Below are positions 1 to 10,475 of a DNA stretch of 64,000 nt, piece after piece (the first letter of the stretch is position 1; each line of letters starts with the position of its first letter). Origin of the DNA: Utricularia gibba (Eukaryota; Plantae; Magnoliophyta). The position numbers and the translations under genes are program-made. The notes beneath the pieces are model-generated. The model had not been told where the DNA came from, did no database searches, and was given only the letters and a program-made list of their open reading frames with translations. The DNA is taken from contig NEEC01000009.1 of NCBI GenBank assembly GCA_002189035.1, positions 434,001-498,000 on the forward strand, given 5' to 3'.

Positions 1-46
1 GAATGCAAATAAGTATCTATGACACACAATACGAGTGTAGCTGTGA

Positions 47-259
47 TTACTCCTCGGTATCCTCAGGTTTGCTCTTTCCCTTTCCCTTTCCCTTGACAGC
101 ATTGACAGCGGAGTGGATAGCCTTCTTTCCGGTGCTGACAAGTTTTTTCCCGACCATTGTGGAAACATGTTCTCTCTCCGGAGGAATCACCGACCCTTTT
201 TTATAGTACTTGCCATACCCTGGCTCTTCCACCCTCGAGCTCGTGTCTCCTTTCTTCAT
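47..259 (-). CDS. Small basic uncharacterised protein, 70 aa, single exon (MKKGDTSSRVEEPGYGKYYKKGSVIPPEREHVSTMVGKK...)
   Basis: Clean ATG(259)-TAA(47) ORF with protein-like composition. CTATATAA TATA-like box on the minus strand at ~299-306. No family recognised with certainty. Confidence 0.5.
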   Translation of the reverse strand: MKKGDTSSRVEEPGYGKYYKKGSVIPPEREHVSTMVGKKLVSTGKKAIHSAVNAVKGKGKGKSKPEDTEE

Positions 260-597
260 CTCCTTGATCATAATCAAGTTCAGTGCCACATGGAGTAGTT
301 ATATAGCTGAGTTACACTCCCTTCAAGCGCGTCTACTGCAGTTTACCAGAAATTTCTCTGTAATGTAAGTGTTGCTGCAGCAATGTGTTTCCAGGGTTCC
401 TGGTGCAGATGGACGGTAAGGACGTGTAGCAGTGTGAATGTTGGGGTGATGTAGATGTTTAATCGGAATTATCTGTTTAATCAGAAAGGGGAAGGAAGCA
501 GCTCTTCTAATCCAACACAGCTTCACTGCAGGGAAGAAGACAGAACTTTTTTCGATTCTGAGAAATGTGTCTAGAAGGTGAAAATGGTTTAAGATAT

Positions 598-961
598 TGT
601 TGAATTTCCATGAAATGCATGATGAAGCAGGTCGCCGCGGGAACGTGGAGAAACGAATGGGAAAGGGTCCCAGGAACCTGACGAGAGGGAAGAAGATGGA
701 CGGACTTGGATATGGAAGAGGAAGCGGGGTGCTCTCCAAAGGCCCATGAAGTGAATCATATCTGCTGAGGCCCAACTTAACCTAACTATCCAACAACCCG
801 CAATGGTAGCCTATGCTTGAGCTCAAGAATAGGCAACGGTCATAAAACCAATCTCTACAAAGGATACACTTTGTTATAGAATATGTATTGGGTAATAACC
901 CTAAATATGCATACATTGTTTCACAAAATCCGCTCTTCTTCACCTTAGCTACAATTCTTTA
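598..961 (+). repeat. 5' LTR of the copia element (364 bp, TG...TA)
   Basis: Aligns end to end with 8497-8903; about 28 substitutions by manual alignment (~92% identity). Terminal CA mutated to TA. Confidence 0.95.
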
Positions 962-979
962 TGGTGAACCTGATGTGAA
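962..979 (+). promoter_or_regulatory. Primer binding site complementary to the tRNA-Trp 3' end
   Basis: TGGTGAACCTGATGTGAA directly follows the LTR. The complement of the plant tRNA-Trp(CCA) 3' end, recalled from memory, is TGGTGAACCCGACGTGAA: 16/18 match, both differences C>T at CpG. Confidence 0.75.
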
Positions 980-1071
980 ACGAAGAAATACACGTCTCCT
1001 TCTTCCTGCTACAACAACAACTCCTCAACCTTCATATTAACACATACCTGATGCATCACTTGTTTGCTGCA

Positions 1072-1224
1072 ATGAATATCAATCTTGCTCCCCCCACCTT
1101 TGATGGAAAGGATGCTAAGGAGTTTTGTACCTGGCAAAAGAAAATGCGAAACTATTTCACAAACCATGAGATGGAGGACTACTTCACTGAGAACGCACAA
1201 CCAAGCACAAACGCAGAAGGTTAC
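1072..1224 (+). pseudogene. Copia gag N-terminus (MNINLAPPTFDGKDAKEFCTWQKKMRNYF...), cut off by the Athila insertion
   Basis: PTFDG..W..KM..YF is the typical copia gag N-terminal motif. The frame ends exactly where the Athila LTR (TGATAA) starts. Confidence 0.85.
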
Positions 1225-2835
1225 TGATAATACCATTTTTATTATGTTTTTATATATGTTTTTAAGTATGCTTTGTAGGGATAATTGTTATTTAGTATGC
1301 TAAATTATCTTATTTTGCGTATTTAATCCGCTAGAATGTGTTTATTGTGAAAACAGGCTCAATTGGCAACAATTGAGCCAAAAACTCTAATATTTTGTCC
1401 AGTCTATGTTTTAAGTCTTATCAGGGTAAGAGCTAGTACTATAGCAGCGCACTTTCCGCGTTGACAAGTCAGAAGGGACAGAAAAGCTGTGCAAAAGCCA
1501 CTTTCCGCCGAAAGTAGCCGCCCTTCTGAAGAGATAAGATATGGAGCAGAGATCTCCCTTCTAGAAGCCTGAGGAAAAGACGAAGCTACCCTTACTTTTA
1601 AGCTGCAAAAGGGAAAAGGAAGGGAAAGAAGAGGAGAGAGTACACTGTGCACGCAGAGTGCACAGGCAGCGAACAGGAGCGAGCGGGAGCAAGGAGAACT
1701 CCGTTTCTCCGGCGCAAGTCTCCGGCGACCTCCAGATCAGCGTGTCTACACCACCGTTCCGGCCAGAACTTCGATTTCCAACAGATCTCCAGCCCACAGA
1801 AGCATCCTGCAACTTTTATTTATAGATTTCTGCACTCCCTTTTCTACGTGAACTTGCTACTGTTATTGCCGTCGTTTTTATGCTTTCTGATGCTTTTCGG
1901 TACCTTGCTGTGAACTGGAAACTCGTTGTAGACCTTGCCTTAGTTTATAAACATGTTTCTGTTTAAACTTTCCATGTTTGACTTTAAGTTTAACGCGCTT
2001 TTACTGTTCATGCGAACCATGCTCTGTTTCTGCAAACTATTACTCTGTTTTCAAGCGTTCCAAGTTGGGTTTAAGCCTAAGGGCTCTCTTGAGTGACACA
2101 GGAGTTAGACCCTAGTGTAAAACCCAGCCAAATTACTTTTATTTTATGTTTTATGCACCTTCACGTTAATTTCAGTCCCTCTTCATCCCTGCAACTCGTT
2201 TATTCTAGTAACTGTTATTTTACGTCTTACCCGCATTAGACTTAAATCCCAGAAAACCCCCCTGTTTCAAGTAATTCTGTTGAACTTCAGAAAATTGCAA
2301 CCATTCCCTGTGGATTCGACCCTTGCTTGCCACACTACATTAATTCTTGTGATTTGTGTAGTAGAATAGCTCGGTTTATAAATTTCTTTTGATGCGTTGA
2401 ATGTGCTAAACTGCGACATTTAGAAACCCATTCCAACGTTCATCAAAATGGCGCCGTTGCCGAGGAATGGTGTCTATTAATTTTTCTGTTGTTAATGCAT
2501 TTACGTTCCCTTGCAGGTCCACTTGAACTCCTTGATTTGGAGATTGAGAGGACCGAAAAATTACTGAGAAAGAAGCGCAAACAAAGTCAGCAAGAGGCTA
2601 AGTTGAGAGCCAAAGAGATGGCTGACAACCCACCAAATAACCAACAGCTTGTGAATATTTTGGAGAAGACTATTGGAGAGTATGAGTCACCAGATCATAC
2701 ATACCAAGGGCACTGCATTACCTTTCCTACAGCAGCAATTAATTTGAAGTTGAGGCCAGGAACTCTTGCTCTGTTTCCTAAGTATTATGGGAATAAGAAT
2801 GAGGATCCTCATATGCATATTGATGATTGTATTGC
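1225..2835 (+). mobile_element. Truncated Athila-type Ty3/gypsy element (5' LTR 1225-2445, PBS, gag start) nested in copia gag
   Basis: Starts TGATAA and ends ...CATCA at 2445. Carries the Athila LTR motif CTGTGGATTCGACCC. PBS TGGCGCCGTTGCCGAGGA. Gag with DLEIERT...MADN...LKLRPG..LFPKYYG.KNEDPHMH. The 3' part is deleted. Confidence 0.88.
2449..2466 (+). promoter_or_regulatory. tRNA-Asp primer binding site of the Athila element
   Basis: TGGCGCCGTTGCCGAGGA, one mismatch to the canonical Athila PBS TGGCGCCGTTGCCGGGGA, 3 nt after the LTR end. Confidence 0.9.
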
Positions 2836-2839
2836 TGTT

Positions 2840-4381
2840 GGAGCTGTTGGTAGCCATAGGATGCATCCGAAAATTCACCCATATGGAGCTCTCGGAGAAT
2901 CTGCAGCAAATTGAGTTACATACAAAGCCGTTGGATGTTGAAGAAAAGGCATTCATGGCTGGCTTTCCGGAAAATAGCAAAGCAGATCAAAAACGAAAAT
3001 CAGCCTACAAACCATTTGCTCTACGAATTTCAGCCACCAACTCTCAAACTCAAGGAGAAATACCTCCATGCTGCTACTGCAAGAAGGCCAACTCACATAC
3101 TCCGGAAAACTACTGGTGGAGCCCTACTGCGACATGTGCATTCTACAACCAAAAAGGACATATGGAGAAGGTGTACAGCATATGAAAAGAGGTCATATCT
3201 CAAGTTCACAACCAGCTGATGGGAAAAAAGGGCAACCTCAATATCAATCTCTCCACTGAAGCCATATCAAAGGCTCTAGACAATGTATTCTTTAAAACTA
3301 CTACTAAAAATGAAACTGATGCTCTCTACACTCATGCCGACATACTCACATTAAGAAAACTCACCATACTTACAGCCATAGCAGACAACAAGAAACATTG
3401 GACCTGGTTATTAGACAGTGGTTGCACAAATCATATCATTAATGATTTTTCTACATTTATTGAATATACTCCCTTGACCTCCAAAAATATTCAAATCGCA
3501 GATGGAACACTCATACCAGCCTTGGGGTAGGGTACTGTAAAACTGGAGTCATCAAAAGAGATCATCTACATAAAAGATGTGCTCTTTGTACCTGTAGCAT
3601 CCCATAATCTGCTCAGTTTGGGACAGCTAGTGAGCAAAAATTTCTCCATTCTGTTTGCTAATGACTTATGTATAATCTCTGATTGTGCAGGAAACGAAAT
3701 TATGCGCATACCTATGCTGAATAGGGTATTCTCTATCAACTTTCTGAGAGATAACTCTGAAATAGATTACATATGTCTCAGTGCAAGCTCTAGGGAAAAC
3801 ATGCTGTTGTGGCACAGAAGATATGGACATCACAACCAAATGTCTCTTATGAATATACTCAAGTCTAAGTTGGTGGATGGAATAGAAAACATAGCATCAA
3901 CAAAGGAATGCTGTGAAATCTGCAAGCTGGGAAAACTGAGCAGCTTACCTTTCCAAAAGAGTAGCTGGATCTCTTCAAACCCTCTAGAAATCATTCATTC
4001 GGATGTCTGCGGTCCCATAACTCCTACCACAAAAGGTGGAAACAGATACTTCACATTATTCGTTGATGACTACTCTAAGTTCGTCTGGGTATATTTCCTG
4101 AAAAGTCGAAATGAGTTAATCTCTAAGTTCAAAATATTCAAGGCTGCTGCAAAGAATGAAAGTGGATACAAAATCAAATGTATTCGTTCCGACAATGACA
4201 GGGAATATACACCACATGAACTAAAGCTGTTGTGTGAAGAAAATGAGATAACACATCAATTTACAGCACCATACACACCACAACAAAATGGTGTTAGTGA
4301 AGGACGCAATCAAACAGTGCTAGATATGGCACGATGCTTACTAATAGAGAAGGGAGTATCTAAAGAGTTCTGGAGAGAGGC
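2840..4381 (+). pseudogene. Copia gag C-terminus (two zinc knuckles), protease, GAG-pre-integrase and integrase core
   Basis: CCYCKKANSH...WWSPTATCAFYNQKGH; WLLDSGCTNHI; LWHRRYGH...CEICKLGK; IIHSDVCGP...FVDDYS...IRSDN...TAPYTPQQNGVSEGRN. In-frame stops are present. Confidence 0.93.
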
Positions 4382-5654
4382 TAGAGGTGGGTTCGGTTCG
4401 AACTGAAACCGTCGGTTCTAGGAGATGGATGTCCGTACGGTTCCGGTTCCGGAACCGGAACTGTACGGTTTCGGTTCGGTTTGGCATAATTGTAATCGTG
4501 GAACCGACGGTTCCGACCCGTGTGTGAACCGTACGATTTGGATTAAAAAATTAAAAAAATTATAAAAATTAAAAAAATGTATATTATTTTTTACACTTTT
4601 CTCAGACACCCATATGAAGGAAGTGTATGCGTAAAAAATCTTCTCAAACACCCCTTTCCAGACACACTCATGACAGATGTGGGTGCTTGGAAAATGATCT
4701 CAGGCGCCCTCACGACACACTCTCTTAAACTGTCTCAAATACTCTTTTCCAGACACCCATATAAGAGAATTGAGTGCCTAGAAATGATCATACCCACTCT
4801 TTCTAGACACCCACACAATGCATTGTTTTGTAGATGACGTCCAACTCTATTTCCAGACATCCTCTCGAGGCACCCATATGAGGGAAGTGAGTCACTGGAA
4901 AACTGTCTCAAATACTTCTTCCCAAATACTTATATAGGAGAAGTGGGTGTCTGGAAATGGTCTTACCCACTCTTCCCAAACACTCACTCAAAGCATTATT
5001 TTGTAGGTATTGTCTAACTCTCTTTCCAAGCATCTACATGAGGCAATATGGATGTCTGGAAAATGGTCTAAGCGATAGATGAATATTCTTTATTTATTGA
5101 AATTTTATTTCAATGTTTACTTAACATGTGATTTAATTTTTTTGTAGTATTTAGGATATATTAAATAATTTCATTTTCAAATGTATATTAAAATACTAAT
5201 AATTTAATCATTTATTTCATTTATTTAAGTCACAAATTATATTGATTTTATACTTTATTGAGGTATTTTATCAAGTAATTTAAATTAAGGTCTTTTATAA
5301 ATTAATATAATATATTACATAATATATTTAGTTAAATACAAAAATTAATATTGTTAAATATATTGTTTTATAATATCAAAATAAAAAAAATTAATAATTA
5401 TTAAAAATTTTACTTTAGACATTTGCAATAATTCATATGGGTATCTATAAAACACCTACAAACAGTAATCGCGGTTCCAGTTACGATTCAGTTCGCAAAT
5501 CTCGGTTCCGGTTCAGTTCAAGCTTTTGGGATACGGTTCCGAACCAAAACCGAAACCGTTGCCCATGGCAAACCACGGTTTTTGAATTGACGGTTCGCTG
5601 GAACCATTCGATTCCGAACCGAAACCGTACGGTTTGGAACCGAACCCACCTCTA
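4382..5654. mobile_element. Non-autonomous hAT DNA transposon (1273 bp) inserted in the copia integrase
   Basis: 18-bp perfect TIR TAGAGGTGGGTTCGGTTC / GAACCGAACCCACCTCTA. 8-bp TSD AGAGAGGC (4374-4381) / GGAGAGGC (5655-5662), one mismatch. Dense subterminal GGTTC/GAACC/AAACCG motifs. Removing it restores integrase FWREAVNYVVY. Confidence 0.93.
4590..5068. repeat. Internal array of short hairpin units within the hAT element, with a ~173-bp higher-order duplication
   Basis: Recurring TTCCAGACACCCA...TGGGTGTCTGGAAA motifs. AAACTGTCTCAAATACT recurs at 4727 and 4900 and is followed by collinear diverged sequence. Confidence 0.75.
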
Positions 5655-8579
5655 GGAGAGGCTGTGAACTATGTTGTATACCTGCTGAACCATCTCCCCA
5701 CCAAAGGTATTACTGAGTTTAGAACAATGTATGAACTATGGACTGGAAGGGTTCCAACAGTAGACCACTTGCGGGTGTTTGGCTATATTTGCTTTCGTCT
5801 TATGCCCAAGTCCCTAAGACGAATGCTGGATGAGGAAAGTCACATAGGGGTATTTATAGGCTATAGCTCTACTACAAAAGCATATAGGATATGAGATCCT
5901 ATAGATGGAAAAATGATACTAAGCCAGCATGTGTTATTTGATGAACAACGCGCTTGGAATTGGAAGACTGGAAACTCAAGTACAAAGAATTCATGCACAA
6001 CAAGCTGCGCTGTCTATAACGCCAAGATACCTACAAGGTGGCCTACGCAACCTCCTGACACTCAAAATAATCCTGCTGAGAATGCTGTCTCCCTGAGCAA
6101 CACACCCATCTCTAAAGCGGCTGGAAGCGATAACAACAATCAAAGTATTTTCAGCTTTGTCTTTGAAAATGCAACTCAAGAACATGAAGAAAACGAGATT
6201 GAAATGCAGAAGGATTCTCATGGTCAAGTCAACCCCACAACACCTAATCCAATCAGTCATCTATCAGAACATGGAAATGACGAACCTGAGAACCTCAGAA
6301 ATTCTGGAAGAAAAAACGTAGCTCGAAATCTGGAAGGAGCCTTTGATCAAGAGCATCAAAATGATTCAAGAACTGAAGAAGCTGCACCTATTGAGGATCC
6401 TGTGAACTCAAACTCAATTGGACCAAGAACATTTGAACACGGTCAATCCCCTGATCAATCACCTGATCTAGAGGACAATAATCCAGAATTCAAGACTTAT
6501 CTATCTGAAGAGAACTCTAGAGCAGACTTGAGTGAGACTTGTGAGCCCAACGCCTCGCCAACTCCAGATCTGAGAATATCATAGACCTGTTTAAAATCAT
6601 CAGATACACCTGATGGAACTCCACAAGAAGGCATAGAGGACAATATGAAAAACTCTTCCCTTATATTTTCAGAGACATATGATAACACACTGGTACGCGG
6701 ATTCAAGCCAATCACCTACTTCTATCAAGATAAATGTCTTCTCACTCACTCTGAACCCACTAGCTTGACCTATGGTCTCACAAACTCGAAATGGAGGAAA
6801 GCCATGGAAAGTGAACTTCAAACTATTGAAAACTATCAGACTTGGACACTTGTGGACAGAGTAAAAAATAAGAAACTCATTGGGGTCAAATGGGTGCTAA
6901 GGACGAAGCTAAATTCAGATGGAAGTGTAAACAAACACAAGGCAAGACTAGTAGCTGAAGGCTTTGCTCAAAGGGAAGGCAGAGACTATCATGACACCTT
7001 TGCTCCAGTGGCTAGACTCGATACAATCAAGCTAATAATAGCCCTAGCAGCATGTATGAGATGACATATTTTTCATCTAGATATTAAGTCTTCCTTTCTA
7101 AACGGGACACTCACAGAAGAAATCTACGTTGAACAACCTCTTGGTTTTGCTATTAAGGGAAAGGAAGACAAAGTCTACAAGCTACACAAGGCCTTATACA
7201 GTTTAAAGCAAACAACTCCGAGCATGGTACAGTAGGATAAATGACTATTTTCTGAAACACGGATATCAGCAGAACGAAAATGACATCACACTATATACAC
7301 TGAAAGACAAACACACAGTTAGACAGGTTATAGTGTCACTATACGTTGATGACATCCGAATCACCGGCGATAATGAAGATCTAGTCAATCATGAAAAGGA
7401 ACAGCTTAAACATGCCTTCGAACTCCCCGATTTGGGCCTGATGACTTATTTCCTGGGACTGGAAGGCAATCAAACCGACTCAAAAACTGTGATCTCTCAA
7501 CACAAATATACTCTGAACCTCATCAACAGATATGGCATGGCAACCTCCAGAAAATCTTCAGTACCTATTACACTAGAAATCAAGAATCAACTCTATGAAT
7601 TTGGGCAAAAGATTGATGGAAATTTATATCGAAAGCTTATAGGATCACTATTATACTTGACGGCCACAAGACCGGATATCACCTTTGCTGTCAATCTTCT
7701 ATTTCAATTCATGATGGAACTAACGACCACACATCTAGATGCAGGAAAACAAAATCTTAAGTATCTGAATGACACAAAGGAATTTAGGCTCATCTACAAG
7801 AGAGGTATGCATCCATGCCTACAAGTCTATTGTGATAACAATTATACAGGTGACAATAAGGACATGAAGTCTACAAGCGAATATCTCCTTATGATAAGTG
7901 GATGTACGTTTGCATGGAACAGCAAGAAACAATCTATAGTGGCACAATCATCATCCGAAGCTGAATATATGGTTGATGTTGCTGCCTCTAATCATACTAT
8001 ATGGATTCAAAAACTGTTAGAGGATCTGGATATTCACATAGACAAGACTATCACATTATTTCTGGACAACAAATCAGTTATTGCTATGGGAACAATCCAA
8101 CCTATTTTGGAAGAACTAAGCATATTCAAATAAAATATCATGTGGTAAGGAACTACATCAAGGAGAAACTCATCAAGCTCAAACATATCTCATATGAAAG
8201 GCAGGTGGTGGACATCTTGACAAAACTACTGCATCTCTAGCAATTTATTCAACTACGTGACAAACTAGAGTTGATACCTCTGTTATCGACTCCGGATAAA
8301 TCTGATGAAGCTAGACCTAATTTGAGCATTTCAGGTTTGAAGAATTCAAAGGGGAATGGAATCGCCTCTTATCCTGAAAATTTGACTAGTGAAAACCTAA
8401 TTCACGGGAGAAGAGAAGAAAATTTAGCCAGAGAAAGCAGTGAAATACCAGCCCAAGATCTTTCGAGTTTGAACGACCTGTCTCATCATGAGGGGCTGCT
8501 GAATTTCCATGAAATGCATGATGAAGCAGGTCACCGGGGAACGTGGAGAAATGAATGGGAAAGTGTCCCGGGAACCTGA
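5655..8579 (+). pseudogene. Copia integrase C-terminus, reverse transcriptase and RNase H (disrupted)
   Basis: LRVFG...FIGYSSTTKAYRI; WRKAMESE...KWVLRTKLNSDGSVNKHKARLVAEGFAQREG.DY.DTFAPVARLDTI; SLYVDDI; YRKLIGSLLYLTATRPDITFAV; AWNSKKQSIVAQSSSEAEY; RTKHIQIKYH. Several stops and frameshifts. Confidence 0.95.
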
Positions 8580-8903
8580 CGAGAGGGAAGAAGGATGGAA
8601 GCAGGCCGGACTTGGATATGGAAGAGGAAGCTTGAAGCAAGTCGGACTTGGATATAGAAGAGGAATCGGTTTGCTCTCCAAAGGCCCATGAAGTGAATCA
8701 TATCTACTGAGGCCTAGCTCAACCTAACTACCCAACAACCTGCAACGATAGCCTATGCTTGAGCTTAGGAATAGACAACGGTCATAAAACCAATCTCTAT
8801 AAAGGATACACTTTGTTGTAGAATGTGTATTGGGTAATAACCCAAAATCTACATACATTGTTTCACAAAATCTGCTCTTCTTCACCTTAGCTACAATTCT
8901 TCA
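8497..8903 (+). repeat. 3' LTR of the copia element (407 bp, TG...CA), preceded by a degenerate PPT (ATGAGGGGC)
   Basis: Direct repeat of 598-961, with an extra ~35-40 bp internal repeat unit. Followed by the GATAT TSD. Confidence 0.95.
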
Positions 8904-8920
8904 GATATGAAGATTAAGCG

Positions 8921-9047
8921 TTAGGGTTAGGGTTATGATGATGATTAATAGAATGAATTGGTTTGGATTATTGAAGAGTGAAAATGGGCCTAAGTGGGCA
9001 ACTTACTGGGCTTCAGTCGCTTCCTTAAACAAAGTTTCGAGCCCAGA
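8921..9047 (+). promoter_or_regulatory. CMC1 promoter with telo-box and site II motifs
   Basis: TTAGGGTTAGGGTT at 8921-8934, followed by TGGGCC/TGGGCT/AGCCCA motifs. This combination is typical of plant growth-related and mitochondrial genes. Confidence 0.65.
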
Positions 9048-9116
9048 TTGGCGCGGTGGGTTCCTCATCCTGGAGGACTCGCTGCTGTGCGTTTCCAGCG
9101 CTGATCGTGATTGGGA

Positions 9117-9919
9117 ATGGGGTACGTGCAACAAGCCAGAGACAATAGCGTCAAGAAGAAGGTTGAAGAAGGTAAATTTTTCGCTCATTCTTTTTTTTTT
9201 CCCCATAATGAACAAGCTTCGTGAGTTCAGTTTTCGCCTCTCGAATCGGAGCTGATTTATGACGGATTTTGTGATTCCATTGTGGTTTGAAAGTAGTTCA
9301 CCGTATCGGGGACTTGAATTTTCGATGATTCGCGTAATATGTTGGGTTCAGTGGTTGCAAATTGAGCGATGATTCCTAGGCTGTGTTTAGAAATGATGTG
9401 TCGTTAGTATTGTGTTAGAAGTCAGTGACCGAAAAAGGATTCAGCTTTGCGCAGTAAAATGAAGCAAAAGGCCTTAAAGGAATGCGATCTCTACACCTCC
9501 AAGTATGCCGAATGTGCTTCCGGCAAATTGTTTTCTGTTGTTTGGAAATGCCGCAAGCAAGCCAAGGAGCTGAATGATTGTCTCCATCAATAGTAAGTCA
9601 ACCCTCTGTTTCTTGGTCTTTTGCTTTTACCCTTGAAAACATATTGGGTGTAGAACTCTAGTAGCTTTTGAGATGGAACAAGGAAGTATTCGATGAAGGA
9701 CAAATTGCCCGTTTCTAACGATTGATATGCGATAGAACACCGCATCGCGGCTTCCCCCTATCAGGATCAAGCTCTGGTTTTTCTTCCCTTGTTTGGTTTT
9801 GTTTCTCAGTAATGCAGTAACTCTATTGTTTTTTTTTTTCTTGCAGCACCAATGATTCTGTCCTGGAGGAGATGAAGAAAGAGTACATGTTGCATACTGA
9901 AGAAAAGCATTCTCCCTGA
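9117..9919 (+). CDS. CMC1: COX assembly mitochondrial protein, Cmc1-like twin Cx9C; join(9117-9171, 9445-9592, 9847-9919)
   Basis: MGYVQQARDNSVKKKVEEALRSKMKQKALKECDLYTSKYAECASGKLFSVVWKCRKQAKELNDCLHQYTNDSVLEEMKKEYM. Two Cx9C motifs; GT-AG introns keep the frame. Confidence 0.92.
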
Positions 9920-10475
9920 GTTTGATTTTCTGAGGCATGGATGCGCTCTTGCTTTTGCTGGATGGCTAATGAACTTGCAATCTCAAGTTTAGATTCTGAT
10001 TAATCCCAAAGAATAGAAAAGCTAAGCTCCAGTGTCATTGTTCTATGACTGATATTCTTCCATTTTAGTTTCATGCACGAACTTTTGGTGGGAACTAAAA
10101 ACCCATGCTTTGATTACTTTGACTATCGATGAATAAACATATCCCATTTGTAATCAGCGCACGATGGTAATGAAAAAGGTATCATTTTTATTATCATAAG
10201 TTCATAACGACATTCTCTCCCAAGTCCCAAACCTTTCGTTAAGAGTGGTCATGGTATGCTACGGCTTACAGGTTACACAACACTGAAGCTGGTTGTAAGA
10301 GACAGCCCATTTTGCAACCGGAATCCGATCGTCGGCGATCGGAATTTTTGGTTTTCGTTGGGTGGAGCTGCGGATTACATTTGTCTCTGGCAATTCACAT
10401 ATAGAGGCGCTATATTTGTTTCTCTCTGCGTCGGTTTTCTGTTTGGCTCGAATTGCGTAGCGTTTTTGCTGGAAA

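Larger units (their letters stand above)
598..8903 (+). mobile_element. Ty1/copia LTR retrotransposon, full-length but decayed (Ivana-like by gag/protease motifs), with two nested insertions
   Basis: Two LTRs (598-961, 8497-8903), perfect 5-bp TSD GATAT (593-597 and 8904-8908), PBS at 962, PPT before 8497. Domain order gag-PR-INT-RT-RH. Multiple stops and frameshifts. Confidence 0.97.

Noticed and set aside
4382-5654. GGTTC/GAACC arrays and hairpin units as a CRISPR-like array
   Set aside because: There are no constant-length repeats with unique spacers and no cas genes. The TIRs and 8-bp TSD explain it as a hAT element in a plant genome.
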